DNA of 64,000 nt from Alphaproteobacteria bacterium. GTDB lineage: Bacteria > Pseudomonadota > Alphaproteobacteria > Sphingomonadales > Sphingomonadaceae. The notes beneath the pieces are model-generated. The model ran no database searches, was not told the origin of the DNA, and saw nothing but the letters and a program-made list of their open reading frames with translations. Of the stretch, positions 1-9,962 are shown one piece after another (position 1 is the stretch's first letter; every line of letters begins with the position of its first letter). The stretch covers positions 757-64,756 of the forward strand of contig QBLU01000012.1 in the NCBI GenBank assembly GCA_003241875.1. The letters run 5' to 3'. The translations under genes and the position numbers were made by a program.

Positions 1-311
1 AAGTGGCGCTTGCCGGTGCCATGGTCCTCCTCCAGCAGTTCGGTGCCGAGGATGTCGCTCGGCATCAGGTCGGGGGTGAACTGGACGCGGCGGAATTCGA
101 GCTCCAGCGCCTGGCCGAGCGAGCGGACGAGGAGGGTCTTGCCGAGGCCGGGGACGCCTTCGAGCAGGCAGTGGCCGCCGGCGAGGAGCCCGATCAGCAG
201 TTGTTCGACGACATCCTCCTGCCCGACGATGGCCTGGGCGATGGCGGCGCGCAGGTCGTCGAGCCGGGCGAGCCGGGCCTTGATCTGGGATTCGGTGACG
301 GCGTCGGGCAT
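1..311 (-). CDS. MoxR-family AAA+ ATPase, N-terminal part (runs off window start)
   Basis: Manual translation of the minus strand from ATG at 311: MPDAVTESQIKARLARLDDLRAAIAQAIVGQEDVVEQLLIGLLAGGHCLLEGVPGLGKTLLVRSLGQALELEFRRVQFTPDLMPSDILG. Walker A GVPGLGKT and RVQFTPDLMPSD are MoxR hallmarks. Not in the supplied ORF track. Confidence 0.93.
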   Translation of the reverse strand, partial: MPDAVTESQIKARLARLDDLRAAIAQAIVGQEDVVEQLLIGLLAGGHCLLEGVPGLGKTLLVRSLGQALELEFRRVQFTPDLMPSDILGTELLEEDHGTGKRH

Positions 312-325
312 CGGGGCTCCAGATC

Positions 326-1024
326 TCAGCTATTCAGGGCGTACATGACGATATTGACCGCAAATTTCGTATTGTCTTCGGCGAGGAAGCGCTTGTTGCG
401 CCAATCGTAATCCCATTCGCAGCCGTAATCCTTGTTGCTGTAGAGCACGCCCAGCCGGCCATCGATGGTGATGCCCTTGAGGTAGTCGTGGACAAGGTCG
501 TCGCCCCAGCCGTTCAGCTCGAAGCCGGTGGCGGGCGGCGCGTCGAACTTGAAGAAACTGGTCAGCAGCGGGTGACGGGGCGGCAGTTTCTTCAGCGCAC
601 TGGCGCCGAAGATGCGCGCCATCTCGGCCTCGAACGACTTGGCAAACAGGCCGTCGAGATCGTGGTTGCAGTCGTCGACGAAGACGAAGCCGCCGTTCCT
701 GACATAGCGTTCGAAATTGCGGCGCTCGGCCGCGTCGAATTCGACCAGCTTGTGGCCGGCGAGGTAGCAGAAGGGCGCGGTCAGCACGGCGGGATCGGAC
801 AGGGCGACGACATGTTCGCGCGGGTCGACGCGCAGATTGGTATAGTCGATCAGCGCGGTGATGACGTTCGACGGCATGCGCTGATCGACGTCCCAGTCGC
901 CCGAATTGTAGCGGAGCCGGGTGAAGCGGAAGTCGTAGGGGAGTGCGGGCGCCGCCGCCGGCAGCAATGCCGCGGCGACGGCGGCAGCGCCAAGACGCAG
1001 GAAACGGGCGCGGGAGATCATCAC
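326..1024 (-). CDS. DUF4159-family protein with N-terminal export signal (Tat-like)
   Basis: FRFTRLRYNSGDWD, YVRNGGFVFVDDC and SNKDYGCEWD motifs; hydrophobic N-terminus with SRARFL; typical position between tldD/pmbA and moxR. Confidence 0.8.
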   Translation of the reverse strand: MMISRARFLRLGAAAVAAALLPAAAPALPYDFRFTRLRYNSGDWDVDQRMPSNVITALIDYTNLRVDPREHVVALSDPAVLTAPFCYLAGHKLVEFDAAERRNFERYVRNGGFVFVDDCNHDLDGLFAKSFEAEMARIFGASALKKLPPRHPLLTSFFKFDAPPATGFELNGWGDDLVHDYLKGITIDGRLGVLYSNKDYGCEWDYDWRNKRFLAEDNTKFAVNIVMYALNS

Positions 1025-1040
1025 CGCGCCCGCAGCACCC

Positions 1041-2375
1041 TCAGACCGCGTCCGACAGCGAGGTGAAGGTGAAGTCGCGCAGCTTCATCGGCGGGATCAT
1101 CATCACCATCTCGGCCTCGTCGTCGCCGACGCGGATCGGCTTGCCGAGCTCGTCGATGTTGTTGAGCATGATGATCGGCGATTCGTTGAAGCGGAAGTTC
1201 TTCAGCGGATATTTGATCTGGCCGTTCTCGATGAAGAAGGTGCCATCGCGGGTCAGCCCGGTCAGCAGCACGGTCTGCGGATCGACCATGCGGATGTACC
1301 AGGTGCGGGTGACGAGGATGCCGCGTTCCGTGCTGCGGACGAGATCGGCGGTGGAGCGGGTGCCGCCGGCCATCAGCAGATTGCCGGCCTGGCCGACCGG
1401 GCGCTTGCCCTGTTTCTGGGCCCAGAAGCGCGAATAGTTGAGGTTGGTGATCTTGCCGCCGTCGACCAGCGCCATTTTCTCGCGCGGCACGCCGTCCTCG
1501 TCCCACGGCATCACCGGGGCTTCGGGGTGCCAGGGGTCGGTGGTGAAGCTGACGCGCGGGTCATAGACCTGCTCGCCGATCTTGTTGCCGCCGCCCTTTT
1601 TCGACAGGAAGCTGCGGCCCTCGTCGGCCTGGCGGGCGTCGAAGAAGCGCATCATGAACGAGATCAGCCCGGCCGCCGCGGCGGGTTCGAGGATGACGGT
1701 GTACTTGCCGGGCTCGAGCGCGCGGGCCTCGGCGGAGGCGCTGGCCTTGCGCATCGCGGTGCGGATTTCGGTGCCGGCGTCGAAGCTGGTCGAATCCTGC
1801 AGGTTGCGCGCCACCCAGCCCGAGCCGCGGCCATCGGCGGTGCGGACGGTGCAGGTGTAGTCGAGCGTCGTGCCGGTCTGGTAGCCATAGTTGCCGCGGC
1901 TGTTGGCAAAGGCGACGAAGCGGTTGGTGTCGCTGAGGAAGCCGGCGGCGACGAGCTTTTCGGCCTTGCACGGCGCGATCGAGGCGTTGGCGACCTTGGC
2001 GCGATATTCGGGCGTGATCGCGGCGGTGGCGGCGCTGAAGGTCGGGCTGGCCCGGTAGGTCTGCTTGCCGACGGCGGGGACGAATTCCGGGTTTTCCGGC
2101 GCCAGCTTGGCGAGATCCTCGGCGCGGCGGACGACGCGTTCGAGCGCCGCATCGTCAAAGGCGTTGATCGTCGCGATGCCGACGCGCTTGCCATAGGCGA
2201 CCTGCACCGACAGCTGGGTATCGGTGACGATGCCGCTGGTCGACACGTTGTTGAGGGCAAAGCGGATGTTGCCGGTGGTGGTGCCGGTGATCTGCGCCGT
2301 GCATTCGTCGGCTTTGGACATGGCGACGACCTTCAACAGGATCGCCTTCAGCTCGGCTTCGGTGGGAAAGCTCAT
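1041..2375 (-). CDS. TldE/PmbA-like subunit of the TldD/PmbA peptidase family
   Basis: GNIRFALN, LEPGKYTVILEP, RGILVTRTWYIR, TGLTRDGTFFIENG and NFRFNESP motifs; no HExxxH. Confidence 0.88.
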   Translation of the reverse strand: MSFPTEAELKAILLKVVAMSKADECTAQITGTTTGNIRFALNNVSTSGIVTDTQLSVQVAYGKRVGIATINAFDDAALERVVRRAEDLAKLAPENPEFVPAVGKQTYRASPTFSAATAAITPEYRAKVANASIAPCKAEKLVAAGFLSDTNRFVAFANSRGNYGYQTGTTLDYTCTVRTADGRGSGWVARNLQDSTSFDAGTEIRTAMRKASASAEARALEPGKYTVILEPAAAAGLISFMMRFFDARQADEGRSFLSKKGGGNKIGEQVYDPRVSFTTDPWHPEAPVMPWDEDGVPREKMALVDGGKITNLNYSRFWAQKQGKRPVGQAGNLLMAGGTRSTADLVRSTERGILVTRTWYIRMVDPQTVLLTGLTRDGTFFIENGQIKYPLKNFRFNESPIIMLNNIDELGKPIRVGDDEAEMVMMIPPMKLRDFTFTSLSDAV

Positions 2376-2398
2376 GGGTCTGGTCTCCTGCGCCGCAA

Positions 2399-4033
2399 TC
2401 AGCCGAGCGAGCGGGCGGTGTTGATGACGTTGATGCCGTTGAAACGGGCGGTCGACGAGCCGTGGCTGACCGCCGACGACTGCGAGGGCTGGCCCTTGCC
2501 GTCGAAGAACGAACCGCCGAGACGATAGTCGCTTTCGTCGCAGACGGCGCTGCAGGCGTTCCAGAATTCCGGGGTGCGGATCTGGTAGGCGACATCCTCG
2601 ATCTGGGCGCCGAGCTTGCCGTTCTTGATTTCATAGAACAGCTGGCCGCCGAACTGGGCGTTGTAGCGCTGCTGGTCGATCGAGAACGAGCCGTCGCCGA
2701 CGATGTAGATGCCGTTCTCGACGTCGGCGATCATGTCGGCGACGCTCAGCTTGGCCTTGCCCGGCAGCAGCGAGACATTGGCCATGCGCTGGAACTGCAC
2801 GCTGGCCCAATTGTCGGCGTAGCAGCAGCCATCGGATTCGGTCTTGCCGAGGATATGCGCCTGGTCGCGGATCGACTGGTAATCGACGAGCTTGCCGTCC
2901 CTGATCAGGTCCCAGCGCTTGGTCTTCACGCCTTCGTCGTCATAGCCGACATAGCCGAGGCTGCCGACCTGGACCTTGTCGGCGACGATGTTGACCTTGT
3001 CGCTGCCGTACTGGAAATTGGCGGTGCGCTTGTCGAGCGTCGCAAAGCTGGTGCCGGCGTAGTTCGCCTCATAGCCGAGCACGCGATCGAGCTCGAGCGG
3101 GTGGCCGACCGATTCATGGATGGTCAGCCAGGTGTGCGACGGATCGAGGACGAGGTCGTACTTGCCGGGCTTGACCGACGGCGCCGTCAGCTTGGCGCGG
3201 GCCTGCTTGGCGGCGGCGATGGCGTCGGCCTTCATGTCATAGCTGTTGCCATAGTTGACGACGCCGTTCGGCGACACGAAACGGTCCGCCGGCTTGCCGT
3301 CGAGATATTCGAAGCCGCGGCCCATCGGCGCCGACAGCTCGGCGCGGGTGCGAAACTTGCCGCTGGCCTTGTCGATCGCGGTCACCGTCATCGGCGTCCA
3401 GATGCGGTGCACGTCCTGGTCGATGTACGACCCGTCGGTGCTGGCGAAATACTTCTGTTCGTTGACGAGGAACAGGATCGAATTGACGAAGTCGGCGCCG
3501 GCGGCCATCGCCGCGGCGTTGACCTGCAACAGCATGTCGACCTTGTCCTTGATCGGCACTTCCATCGAATTCTTGACGATCGGCGTCTTCCACGACACCT
3601 CGCCGACGCCCTTGACCGGGGCGAGCTGGACCGGCGCCGTCTGGCTGCCGGCATTGGCCTTGGCGATGGCGGTGGCCTGGCGGGCGGCGGCGGCGACGCC
3701 ATCGCTGCTCATGTCGTTGGTGGCGGCAAAGCCCCAGGCGCCGTTGGCGACGACGCGGACGCCGACACCCGTCGATTCGGTGTTGACGACGTTCTGCACA
3801 TTGGCTTCGCGGGTGACGACGAACTGGCGCAGGTAGCGGCCGATGCGGACGTCGCAATAGGTGGCACCGGCGCCGGTGGCGGCGGCAAGCGCGGCGTCGG
3901 CCAGACGCTTCTTGATGGCGACGTCCATCGTCGATTGCAGCGCTTCGGCGGCGATGACCTTGCCGAAGGCGGCGGGGACCACGAGGCCGCCGCCGACCAG
4001 GCCGGTGATTGCCAGGAAATCACGTCTCAACAA
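2399..4033 (-). CDS. TldD-family metallopeptidase with twin-arginine signal (paralog 1)
   Basis: HESVGH metal motif; LRRDFL Tat motif; start re-picked at TTG 4033 (GGAGA RBS upstream), giving 544 aa, the same length as paralog 2. Confidence 0.88.
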   Translation of the reverse strand: MLRRDFLAITGLVGGGLVVPAAFGKVIAAEALQSTMDVAIKKRLADAALAAATGAGATYCDVRIGRYLRQFVVTREANVQNVVNTESTGVGVRVVANGAWGFAATNDMSSDGVAAAARQATAIAKANAGSQTAPVQLAPVKGVGEVSWKTPIVKNSMEVPIKDKVDMLLQVNAAAMAAGADFVNSILFLVNEQKYFASTDGSYIDQDVHRIWTPMTVTAIDKASGKFRTRAELSAPMGRGFEYLDGKPADRFVSPNGVVNYGNSYDMKADAIAAAKQARAKLTAPSVKPGKYDLVLDPSHTWLTIHESVGHPLELDRVLGYEANYAGTSFATLDKRTANFQYGSDKVNIVADKVQVGSLGYVGYDDEGVKTKRWDLIRDGKLVDYQSIRDQAHILGKTESDGCCYADNWASVQFQRMANVSLLPGKAKLSVADMIADVENGIYIVGDGSFSIDQQRYNAQFGGQLFYEIKNGKLGAQIEDVAYQIRTPEFWNACSAVCDESDYRLGGSFFDGKGQPSQSSAVSHGSSTARFNGINVINTARSLG

Positions 4034-4178
4034 GGCATTTCTCCACCAGCACGAGCCCCGGAGCGGAGCCGGCTGCCCAAGGATTGCAGACAAGCGATGC
4101 CGGCGGCGGCGCGGGCCGACGACGATTTTCGTTGCTGGCGACAGTCATCGCCGACCGACCCGACCGCGTCAATCGCCA

Positions 4179-4446
4179 AGGGTCAGGACCTGCTAAATCC
4201 ATGGCCCGGCACGCTTCGAGGCAGCCCGCCACGAGTGAGTGAGCGCAGTGGCGCACCTTTTGGGTGCGCCCAAGCGAAGCGAGCGCTGTGGCGGGCTGCC
4301 TCGAAGCGCCCTTCGGGTGAGGCAGAGCGGCAAAATGGCGTCGTCGAGCGCGCTTGCCGGGGGCGAAGCCCCGGCTGCGCACGCTCTCCTAGCCATTTTA
4401 CCGCTCTGCCTCATGACGGGCCATGGATTTAGCAGGTCCTGACCCT
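4179..4446. mobile_element. MITE-like non-coding element with 30-bp perfect terminal inverted repeats and nested internal inverted repeats
   Basis: AGGGTCAGGACCTGCTAAATCCATGGCCCG at 4179-4208 is the exact reverse complement of 4417-4446. Internal IRs: 4212-4232/4288-4308 (21 bp perfect) and 4321-4339/4392-4410 (1 mismatch). CA dinucleotide on both flanks. Confidence 0.65.
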
Positions 4447-4453
4447 CATACAG

Positions 4454-6088
4454 TTACCCGAGCGAACGTGCTGTATTTATGACATTGATGCCGTCGAAGC
4501 GCGCCGTGGCGGAGCCGTGGCTGACCGCCGAGGATTGCGACGGCTGGCCCTTGCCGTCGGAAAAGGTGCCGCCGAGACGATAGTCGCTGGCGTCGCAGAT
4601 CGCGGTGCAGGCGTTCCAGAATTCGGGCGTCCGCATCTGGTAGGCGACGTCCTCGATCTGGGCGCCGAGTTTGCCGTTCTTGATCTCGTAGAACAGCTGG
4701 CCGCCGAACTGGGCATTGTAGCGCTGCTGGTCGATCGAATAGGAGCCGCGGCCGAGCATGTAGATGCCGTTTTCGACCTGGCCGATCATGTCGGCGACGC
4801 TCAGCTTGGCCGTGCCGGGTTCGAGGCTGACATTGGCCATGCGCTGGAACTGCACGCTCGACCAACTGTCGGCATAGCAGCAGCCGTCGGACGCGGTCTT
4901 GCCGAGGATATGGGCCTGGTCGCGGACCGACTGGTAGTCGACGAGCTTGCCGTTGCGAATGAGGTCCCACTTCTTGGTCTTCACGCCCTCGTCGTCATAG
5001 CCGACATGGCCCAGGCTGCCGACTTCGGTCTTGTCGGCGGTGAAATTGACCTTGGCGCTGCCGTACTGGAAACCGGCGTCGCGCTTGTCGATGGTGGCAA
5101 AGCTGGTGCCGGCGTAATTGGCCTCATAGCCGAGCACGCGATCGAGCTCGAGGGCGTGGCCGACCGATTCATGGATAGTCAAAAAGGTGTGCGAGGGGTC
5201 GAGCACCAGGTCGTACTTGCCGGGCTTGACCGATGGCGCGGTCAGCTTGGCGCGGGCCTGTTTCGCCGCGGCGATGGCGTCGGCCTTCATGTCGTAGCTG
5301 GTGCCATAGGCGACGACCCCGTTGGGCATCTCGTGGCGGCCGATGGCAGCGCCGTCGAGGAATTCATAGCCCATGCCCATCGGCGCCGCGAGGCTGTTCC
5401 GTGTGCGGAACTTGCCGCTGGCCTTGTCGATGGCGGTGGCGGTGAACGGCGCCCAGATGCGGTGGATGTCCTGGTCGATGTACGAGCCGTCGGTGCTGGC
5501 GAAATATTTCTGCTCGTTGATGAGGAACAGCGTCGAGTTGATGAAGTCGGCGCCCGCCGCCATCGCCGCGGCGTTGACCTGGAGCAGCATCTCGACCTTG
5601 TCCTTCACAGGCACGGCCATGCCGTTCTTGACGATCGGCGTCTGCCAGGCGACCTCGCCGACGCCCTTTTGCGGGGCGAGGCGGACGGGCTCGGTCTGGC
5701 TGGCGGCGTTGGCGCGGGCGATGGCGGTGGCCTGCCGCGCGGCGGTGGCGACGCCGTCGCTGCTCATGTCGTTGGTGGCGGCGAAACCCCAAGCGCCATC
5801 GGCGATGACGCGGATGCCGACGCCCGAGGATTCGGTGTTGACGACGTTTTCGACATTGGCTTCGCGGGTGACGACGAACTGGCGCAGGTAACGGCCGATG
5901 CGGACGTCGCAATAGCTGGCGCCGGCGCCGGTCGCGGCGGCGAGCGCGGCATCGGCCAGGCGCTTCTTGATGGCGACGTCCATCGTCGATTGCAGCGCCT
6001 CGGCGGCGATGACCTTGCCGAAGGCGGCGGGGACCACGAGGCCGCCGCCGAAAAGCCCGGCCACGCCCAGGAAATCACGTCGCAACAC
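4454..6088 (-). CDS. TldD-family metallopeptidase with twin-arginine signal (paralog 2)
   Basis: MLRRDFL Tat motif; HESVGH; collinear and highly similar to 2399-4033. Confidence 0.9.
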   Translation of the reverse strand: MLRRDFLGVAGLFGGGLVVPAAFGKVIAAEALQSTMDVAIKKRLADAALAAATGAGASYCDVRIGRYLRQFVVTREANVENVVNTESSGVGIRVIADGAWGFAATNDMSSDGVATAARQATAIARANAASQTEPVRLAPQKGVGEVAWQTPIVKNGMAVPVKDKVEMLLQVNAAAMAAGADFINSTLFLINEQKYFASTDGSYIDQDIHRIWAPFTATAIDKASGKFRTRNSLAAPMGMGYEFLDGAAIGRHEMPNGVVAYGTSYDMKADAIAAAKQARAKLTAPSVKPGKYDLVLDPSHTFLTIHESVGHALELDRVLGYEANYAGTSFATIDKRDAGFQYGSAKVNFTADKTEVGSLGHVGYDDEGVKTKKWDLIRNGKLVDYQSVRDQAHILGKTASDGCCYADSWSSVQFQRMANVSLEPGTAKLSVADMIGQVENGIYMLGRGSYSIDQQRYNAQFGGQLFYEIKNGKLGAQIEDVAYQMRTPEFWNACTAICDASDYRLGGTFSDGKGQPSQSSAVSHGSATARFDGINVINTARSLG

Positions 6089-6150
6089 TCATCGTCTCCC
6101 ATCGCTTGCGGTAGCGACAAGGGTCGCTTTCAGTTTCGTTGAACCACAAA

Positions 6151-6259
6151 CCCGCTCAGGCTGAGCTTGTCGAAGCCGTGTCGCAGGGCGCCTGAGCTTG
6201 TCGAAGCCGTGTCGCAGGACGGTGCTCGCTGGGGCTTCGACAAGCTCAGCCTGAGCGGG
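6151..6259. repeat. REP/REPIN-like palindromic repeat, family A
   Basis: 27-bp terminal IR CCCGCTCAGGCTGAGCTTGTCGAAGCC / GGCTTCGACAAGCTCAGCCTGAGCGGG with an internal duplicate of CTGAGCTTGTCGAAGCCGTGTCGCAGG; related copies at 49081 and 58252. Confidence 0.85.
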
Positions 6260-6309
6260 TCAATGAGTGCAACCAATCCTAGCGGCACTTCGCCGGTCCC
6301 GCAAACGCG

Positions 6310-6345
6310 CAGATGCCGGCTGCCCGCGCGGGCAGCCGGCATCTG
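6310..6345. terminator. Perfect 16-bp GC-rich hairpin downstream of the TonB-dependent receptor gene
   Basis: CAGATGCCGGCTGCCC-GCGC-GGGCAGCCGGCATCTG; no U-tract, so terminator function is uncertain. Confidence 0.45.
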
Positions 6346-6392
6346 GCCGACATGGTGCCCGGGGACGGCAGGCCGTGCCCCGGGCAGCAGGA

Positions 6393-9300
6393 TCAGAAGC
6401 GCATGATCGCCTGCACCGTGTAGCGGCGACCCAGCGCGTCATAGGTCGACGGGAAGGTGTTGCCGCTGTTGAACAGCGTGCTGCCGACCGACGCGCCGAC
6501 GATCGGCGGCAAGCGGTTGAACAGATTGTTGACCGTGCCGATCAGCGTCAGGTTGGGCAGCACGTTCACCCGGCCGGTCAGGTCGAAATAGTGATAGGCC
6601 TTGATGCGGCGGAACCGCTCGTCGACGACGCAGCCATCGGGATCGGCACCCGTCGGATCGGCGCAACCGGAATCGATGGCGGCGGCGACATCCTCGTTGA
6701 ACTGCTGCGGTTCGAAACGGACCGGATCGATGTAGCGCCACAGCACCGAGACATCGAAGCTGTCGAACCCGAAGGTGGTGCGCAGCGACGACTGGAACTT
6801 GGGCTGGATCGAGCCGGTGAACGAGCAGTTCGGCGAATAATAGCCGACGCAGTCGCGGCCAGGCGAGGACGGCGAGGCCTGGAACGATGAATCGAGGGTC
6901 AGGTTGGCGTTGCCGACGATCGCCAGCTTGGCAAAGCCGACGCTGGTCGAATAGCTGATCGAGCCGTCGATACCGCGGGTGAAGATGCGGCCGGCGTTGG
7001 TGGTCGGCAGCGGCAGGCCCGGCGTGGTGTCCGGCGGACCGTCGAGGCCGCCCGTCGCCGGGTTGCGCCGGATGGCAAGGCAGGCCGGATTGGTAACGCT
7101 GGCAGCGCTGAGGTTGTTGAAGCAGGCGCCGACGACGTCGCCCGGCAGGGCCGAGGTGATCGCTTCGTTGACCCGGATGTCGTAATAGTCGGCGGTGATG
7201 GCGAGGCCGGGCACGAAGCTCGGCTGCCAGACGACGCCGGCCGTCCACGTGTCGGCCTTTTCCGGACGCAGGTTGGTGTTGCCGCTGAACACGGCATTGG
7301 CTTGCGCCGCGGTCGGGTTCTCGATGCCGCCGATGCTCGCCACCGGCGCGCCCTGGGCGAGGCAGACGGCGCCGAGGGCGGCGTTCGTTGCCGGGCCGGA
7401 ACCGGCGCAGGGATCGATGCCGAGGTTGGTCAGGCCGACGGTCGCCGGGGTGAACAGTTCACCGATGTTCGGCGCGCGGACGGCGCGGCTGTAGTTGCCG
7501 CGGACCTTGAGCCCGGCACCGATGCCCCAGCTGCCGCCGGCCTTCCAGGTGAAGGCGTCAAAGCTGGGATTGCCCGGCGCGTCGACATTGTACTGCGAGT
7601 AGCGGGCGCCGGCTTCGAGCGTCAGGTTCTCGAAGAACGGCCGGTCCTGCAGCAGCGGCGCGATGATTTCGCCATAGACTTCCTTGACGGTGTAGGCGCC
7701 GGTGATGTTGGGGGCAGCGCCGCCGGCACCGCCGAGTTCGCCCGGCGTCTGCGACAGCAGGTCGGAGTTCTGTTCGGCGGTGTACTTGCGATATTCACCA
7801 CCGATGGCGAAGCCGATGGCGTCGGATGCGGTCGGCAGCGCAAAGCCGAGGTCGCCGCTGACCAGCCCGCGGACCTGGGCGAGGGTGGTGCGGACGGTCG
7901 AGGTGCTCTGCGCGGTCAGGAAGTTCGCGGCCTCGGGCGAGATCGAGCCGCCGGGGCCGAAGAAGTCGACCGGCACGCAGCCGTTGGTGGGATCGAGGCA
8001 GGTCGTCGGATCGGTCGTTAGCAGCGACTGGCGCACCCGCGACGTCAGCGCATAGCCGCTGATGGTCTGGATGTTCTCGCTTTCGCCATAGCTGCCCGAC
8101 AGGTCCCAGTTGATGGAGTCGGTGACCTTGCCGCGCAGGCCGGCGCGGAAATCGAAGATGGTGGTGCGGAAGTCGCTCTGCCGCGGCCCAAGCTCGGTGG
8201 TGCGGCGCGCGAGGCCGGTTTCCACCGTGCGGTAGTTGGGATCGGTCGGATCAACGGCGGTGGCAGCCGCGGCGCATTCGCCGGGGGTGAACAGCGGCAC
8301 GTAGGTGCCGGCGGCGCCGGTGTTGCGGGCGCAGAGCTGGCTGCGCAGGCCGGCGGGGAGGAACGGGTTCGACAGCGGGATCGTCACGTTGGAGCCGAAC
8401 GAGCCCGACGGCGCGACGATCGTCGACACGGTGTTCCTGGAGAACAGGCCGCGGCTGTAGACCTCGACGGCGTCGCTGATTTCATAGCGGGCCTGGCCGA
8501 ACATGTTGAAGCGTTCGAACGGGGTCTGGAAGGCATTGAAGGGGTTGAAGTTGAACGGCGCGTACAGGTTGCGGCCGAGACCGGTCGCGGGATCGATCTG
8601 CAAGTTGCCGTTGGGGACTGCGGGGTTGGTGGAGGGCAGGCCGGTTGCCGGATCGATCGGGCGCGCGCCGGTGAAGCGCGACGGGATCGCGGTGCCCGAG
8701 CCGCCGGTGACGCCAAGGTAGCTGTCGAGGTTCTCGGCGCTGAAGTCGCGGGCGCCCTGGAAGACTGCATCGCTGCGCTGATAGCCGATCGACAGGGTGG
8801 CATTGCCCTTGCCGTCCTCGAAATTGGCACCGATCGTCGCGTCGGCGCGGAAGCTCTGGCCGTCGCCGGCTTCGGTCAGGCCGTTCGACAGCTGCAGCTC
8901 GACGCCGGTGAAATCCTGGCGGGTGACGAAGTTGACGACACCCGAGATGGCGTCGGCACCATAGGTGGTCACGGCGGCACCGGTGAGCGCATCGACGCGC
9001 TGGATCAGCGCCAGCGGGATGTTGTTGAGATCGACGACGCCGCCGAGGCCGGCGGGCGTGATGCGGTTGCCGTCGAGCAGGACGAGGTTGCGGTTCGACC
9101 CGATGCCGCGAAGATCGACGAACGAGGCGCCGCCGTTGCCGTTGTTGACCGCCGAACCGATATTCGGAACGACACCCGGGATGTCGCGGAGGACTTCTTC
9201 GGCGACGTTGGAGGCGCGCAGCTGGATGGTCTCGGCCGTGGTCACGGTGACCGGCTGCGACGAGATGAGGTTCGGGTTGCGGATCAGCGAGCCGGTGACG

Positions 9301-9485
9301 ACGATGGTGCCTTCGTCATCGGTGGCGCCGACGGCGGCGGCGGTCGTCGGCTGGGCGCCGGCGGTGGCCGGTACGTTTTCCTGCGGCGCGCCCTGGGCCA
9401 GGGCCGGGCCGGCGAGCAGCGCCAGCGCCAGCGTCGCGGCGCTGCACTTCAGCGTCGAACGGAGAGGGGGAGAGTACGCAACCAC
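6393..9485 (-). CDS. TonB-dependent receptor (large, sphingomonad/Caulobacter type)
   Basis: Signal peptide ...ALLAGPALAQ; TIVVTGSLIR TonB-box/plug region; VDLRGIGSNRNLVLLDG; C-terminal YDALGRRYTVQAIMRF. Start re-picked at GTG 9485 (AAAGGA RBS). Confidence 0.92.
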   Translation of the reverse strand: MVAYSPPLRSTLKCSAATLALALLAGPALAQGAPQENVPATAGAQPTTAAAVGATDDEGTIVVTGSLIRNPNLISSQPVTVTTAETIQLRASNVAEEVLRDIPGVVPNIGSAVNNGNGGASFVDLRGIGSNRNLVLLDGNRITPAGLGGVVDLNNIPLALIQRVDALTGAAVTTYGADAISGVVNFVTRQDFTGVELQLSNGLTEAGDGQSFRADATIGANFEDGKGNATLSIGYQRSDAVFQGARDFSAENLDSYLGVTGGSGTAIPSRFTGARPIDPATGLPSTNPAVPNGNLQIDPATGLGRNLYAPFNFNPFNAFQTPFERFNMFGQARYEISDAVEVYSRGLFSRNTVSTIVAPSGSFGSNVTIPLSNPFLPAGLRSQLCARNTGAAGTYVPLFTPGECAAAATAVDPTDPNYRTVETGLARRTTELGPRQSDFRTTIFDFRAGLRGKVTDSINWDLSGSYGESENIQTISGYALTSRVRQSLLTTDPTTCLDPTNGCVPVDFFGPGGSISPEAANFLTAQSTSTVRTTLAQVRGLVSGDLGFALPTASDAIGFAIGGEYRKYTAEQNSDLLSQTPGELGGAGGAAPNITGAYTVKEVYGEIIAPLLQDRPFFENLTLEAGARYSQYNVDAPGNPSFDAFTWKAGGSWGIGAGLKVRGNYSRAVRAPNIGELFTPATVGLTNLGIDPCAGSGPATNAALGAVCLAQGAPVASIGGIENPTAAQANAVFSGNTNLRPEKADTWTAGVVWQPSFVPGLAITADYYDIRVNEAITSALPGDVVGACFNNLSAASVTNPACLAIRRNPATGGLDGPPDTTPGLPLPTTNAGRIFTRGIDGSISYSTSVGFAKLAIVGNANLTLDSSFQASPSSPGRDCVGYYSPNCSFTGSIQPKFQSSLRTTFGFDSFDVSVLWRYIDPVRFEPQQFNEDVAAAIDSGCADPTGADPDGCVVDERFRRIKAYHYFDLTGRVNVLPNLTLIGTVNNLFNRLPPIVGASVGSTLFNSGNTFPSTYDALGRRYTVQAIMRF

Positions 9486-9962
9486 TGGCAATATCCTTTG
9501 CAAAGCAAACCGAAACGCGCACCGCCGGCAACGAAAGGGCCGACGCAGGAGCGCCGGACCAGGCCGTGAAGCTGGGCGCAAAATTCGTCCCAACGGCCAC
9601 GAAGTAAAGTCCCTATTCAGTTTTGAGGAAATATGACGGGCAATGTTGCACGCAAGTCACAGTATTCATCGCGGATATGCAACAATTGCCTTAATGAAAT
9701 GAACTATATTTGTCCTTCGACGACGGCGAGTTTTGCAGTTATTGTCGTTACGGGGTAAAAACACGGCAAGGACAGCGTTTCCCAGCATCGCCACGCCGGG
9801 ATATAGGAATTTGTCTTCGCTGGAAGTCGCGGCGGAATTATATTGCCGCGCAGCCGATATCGTGACTGGGGCGCCCCCGAAAAACCTGCCGATCGATTGA
9901 CAGTCGGCCGGGAATGGCGCCAGATCGCCTTATCCAACGATAGTTGAGGCAGGGGGTCGGCG

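Noticed and set aside
3-410. 135-aa plus-strand ORF in the track
   Set aside because: Antisense shadow of the MoxR ATPase on the minus strand, which carries clear Walker A and MoxR motifs.
6151-6259. Possible mini-CRISPR array from repeated CTGAGCTTGTCGAAGCC units
   Set aside because: Units are arranged as inverted repeats with non-unique spacers, dispersed across the window, and there are no cas genes; this is REP-like.
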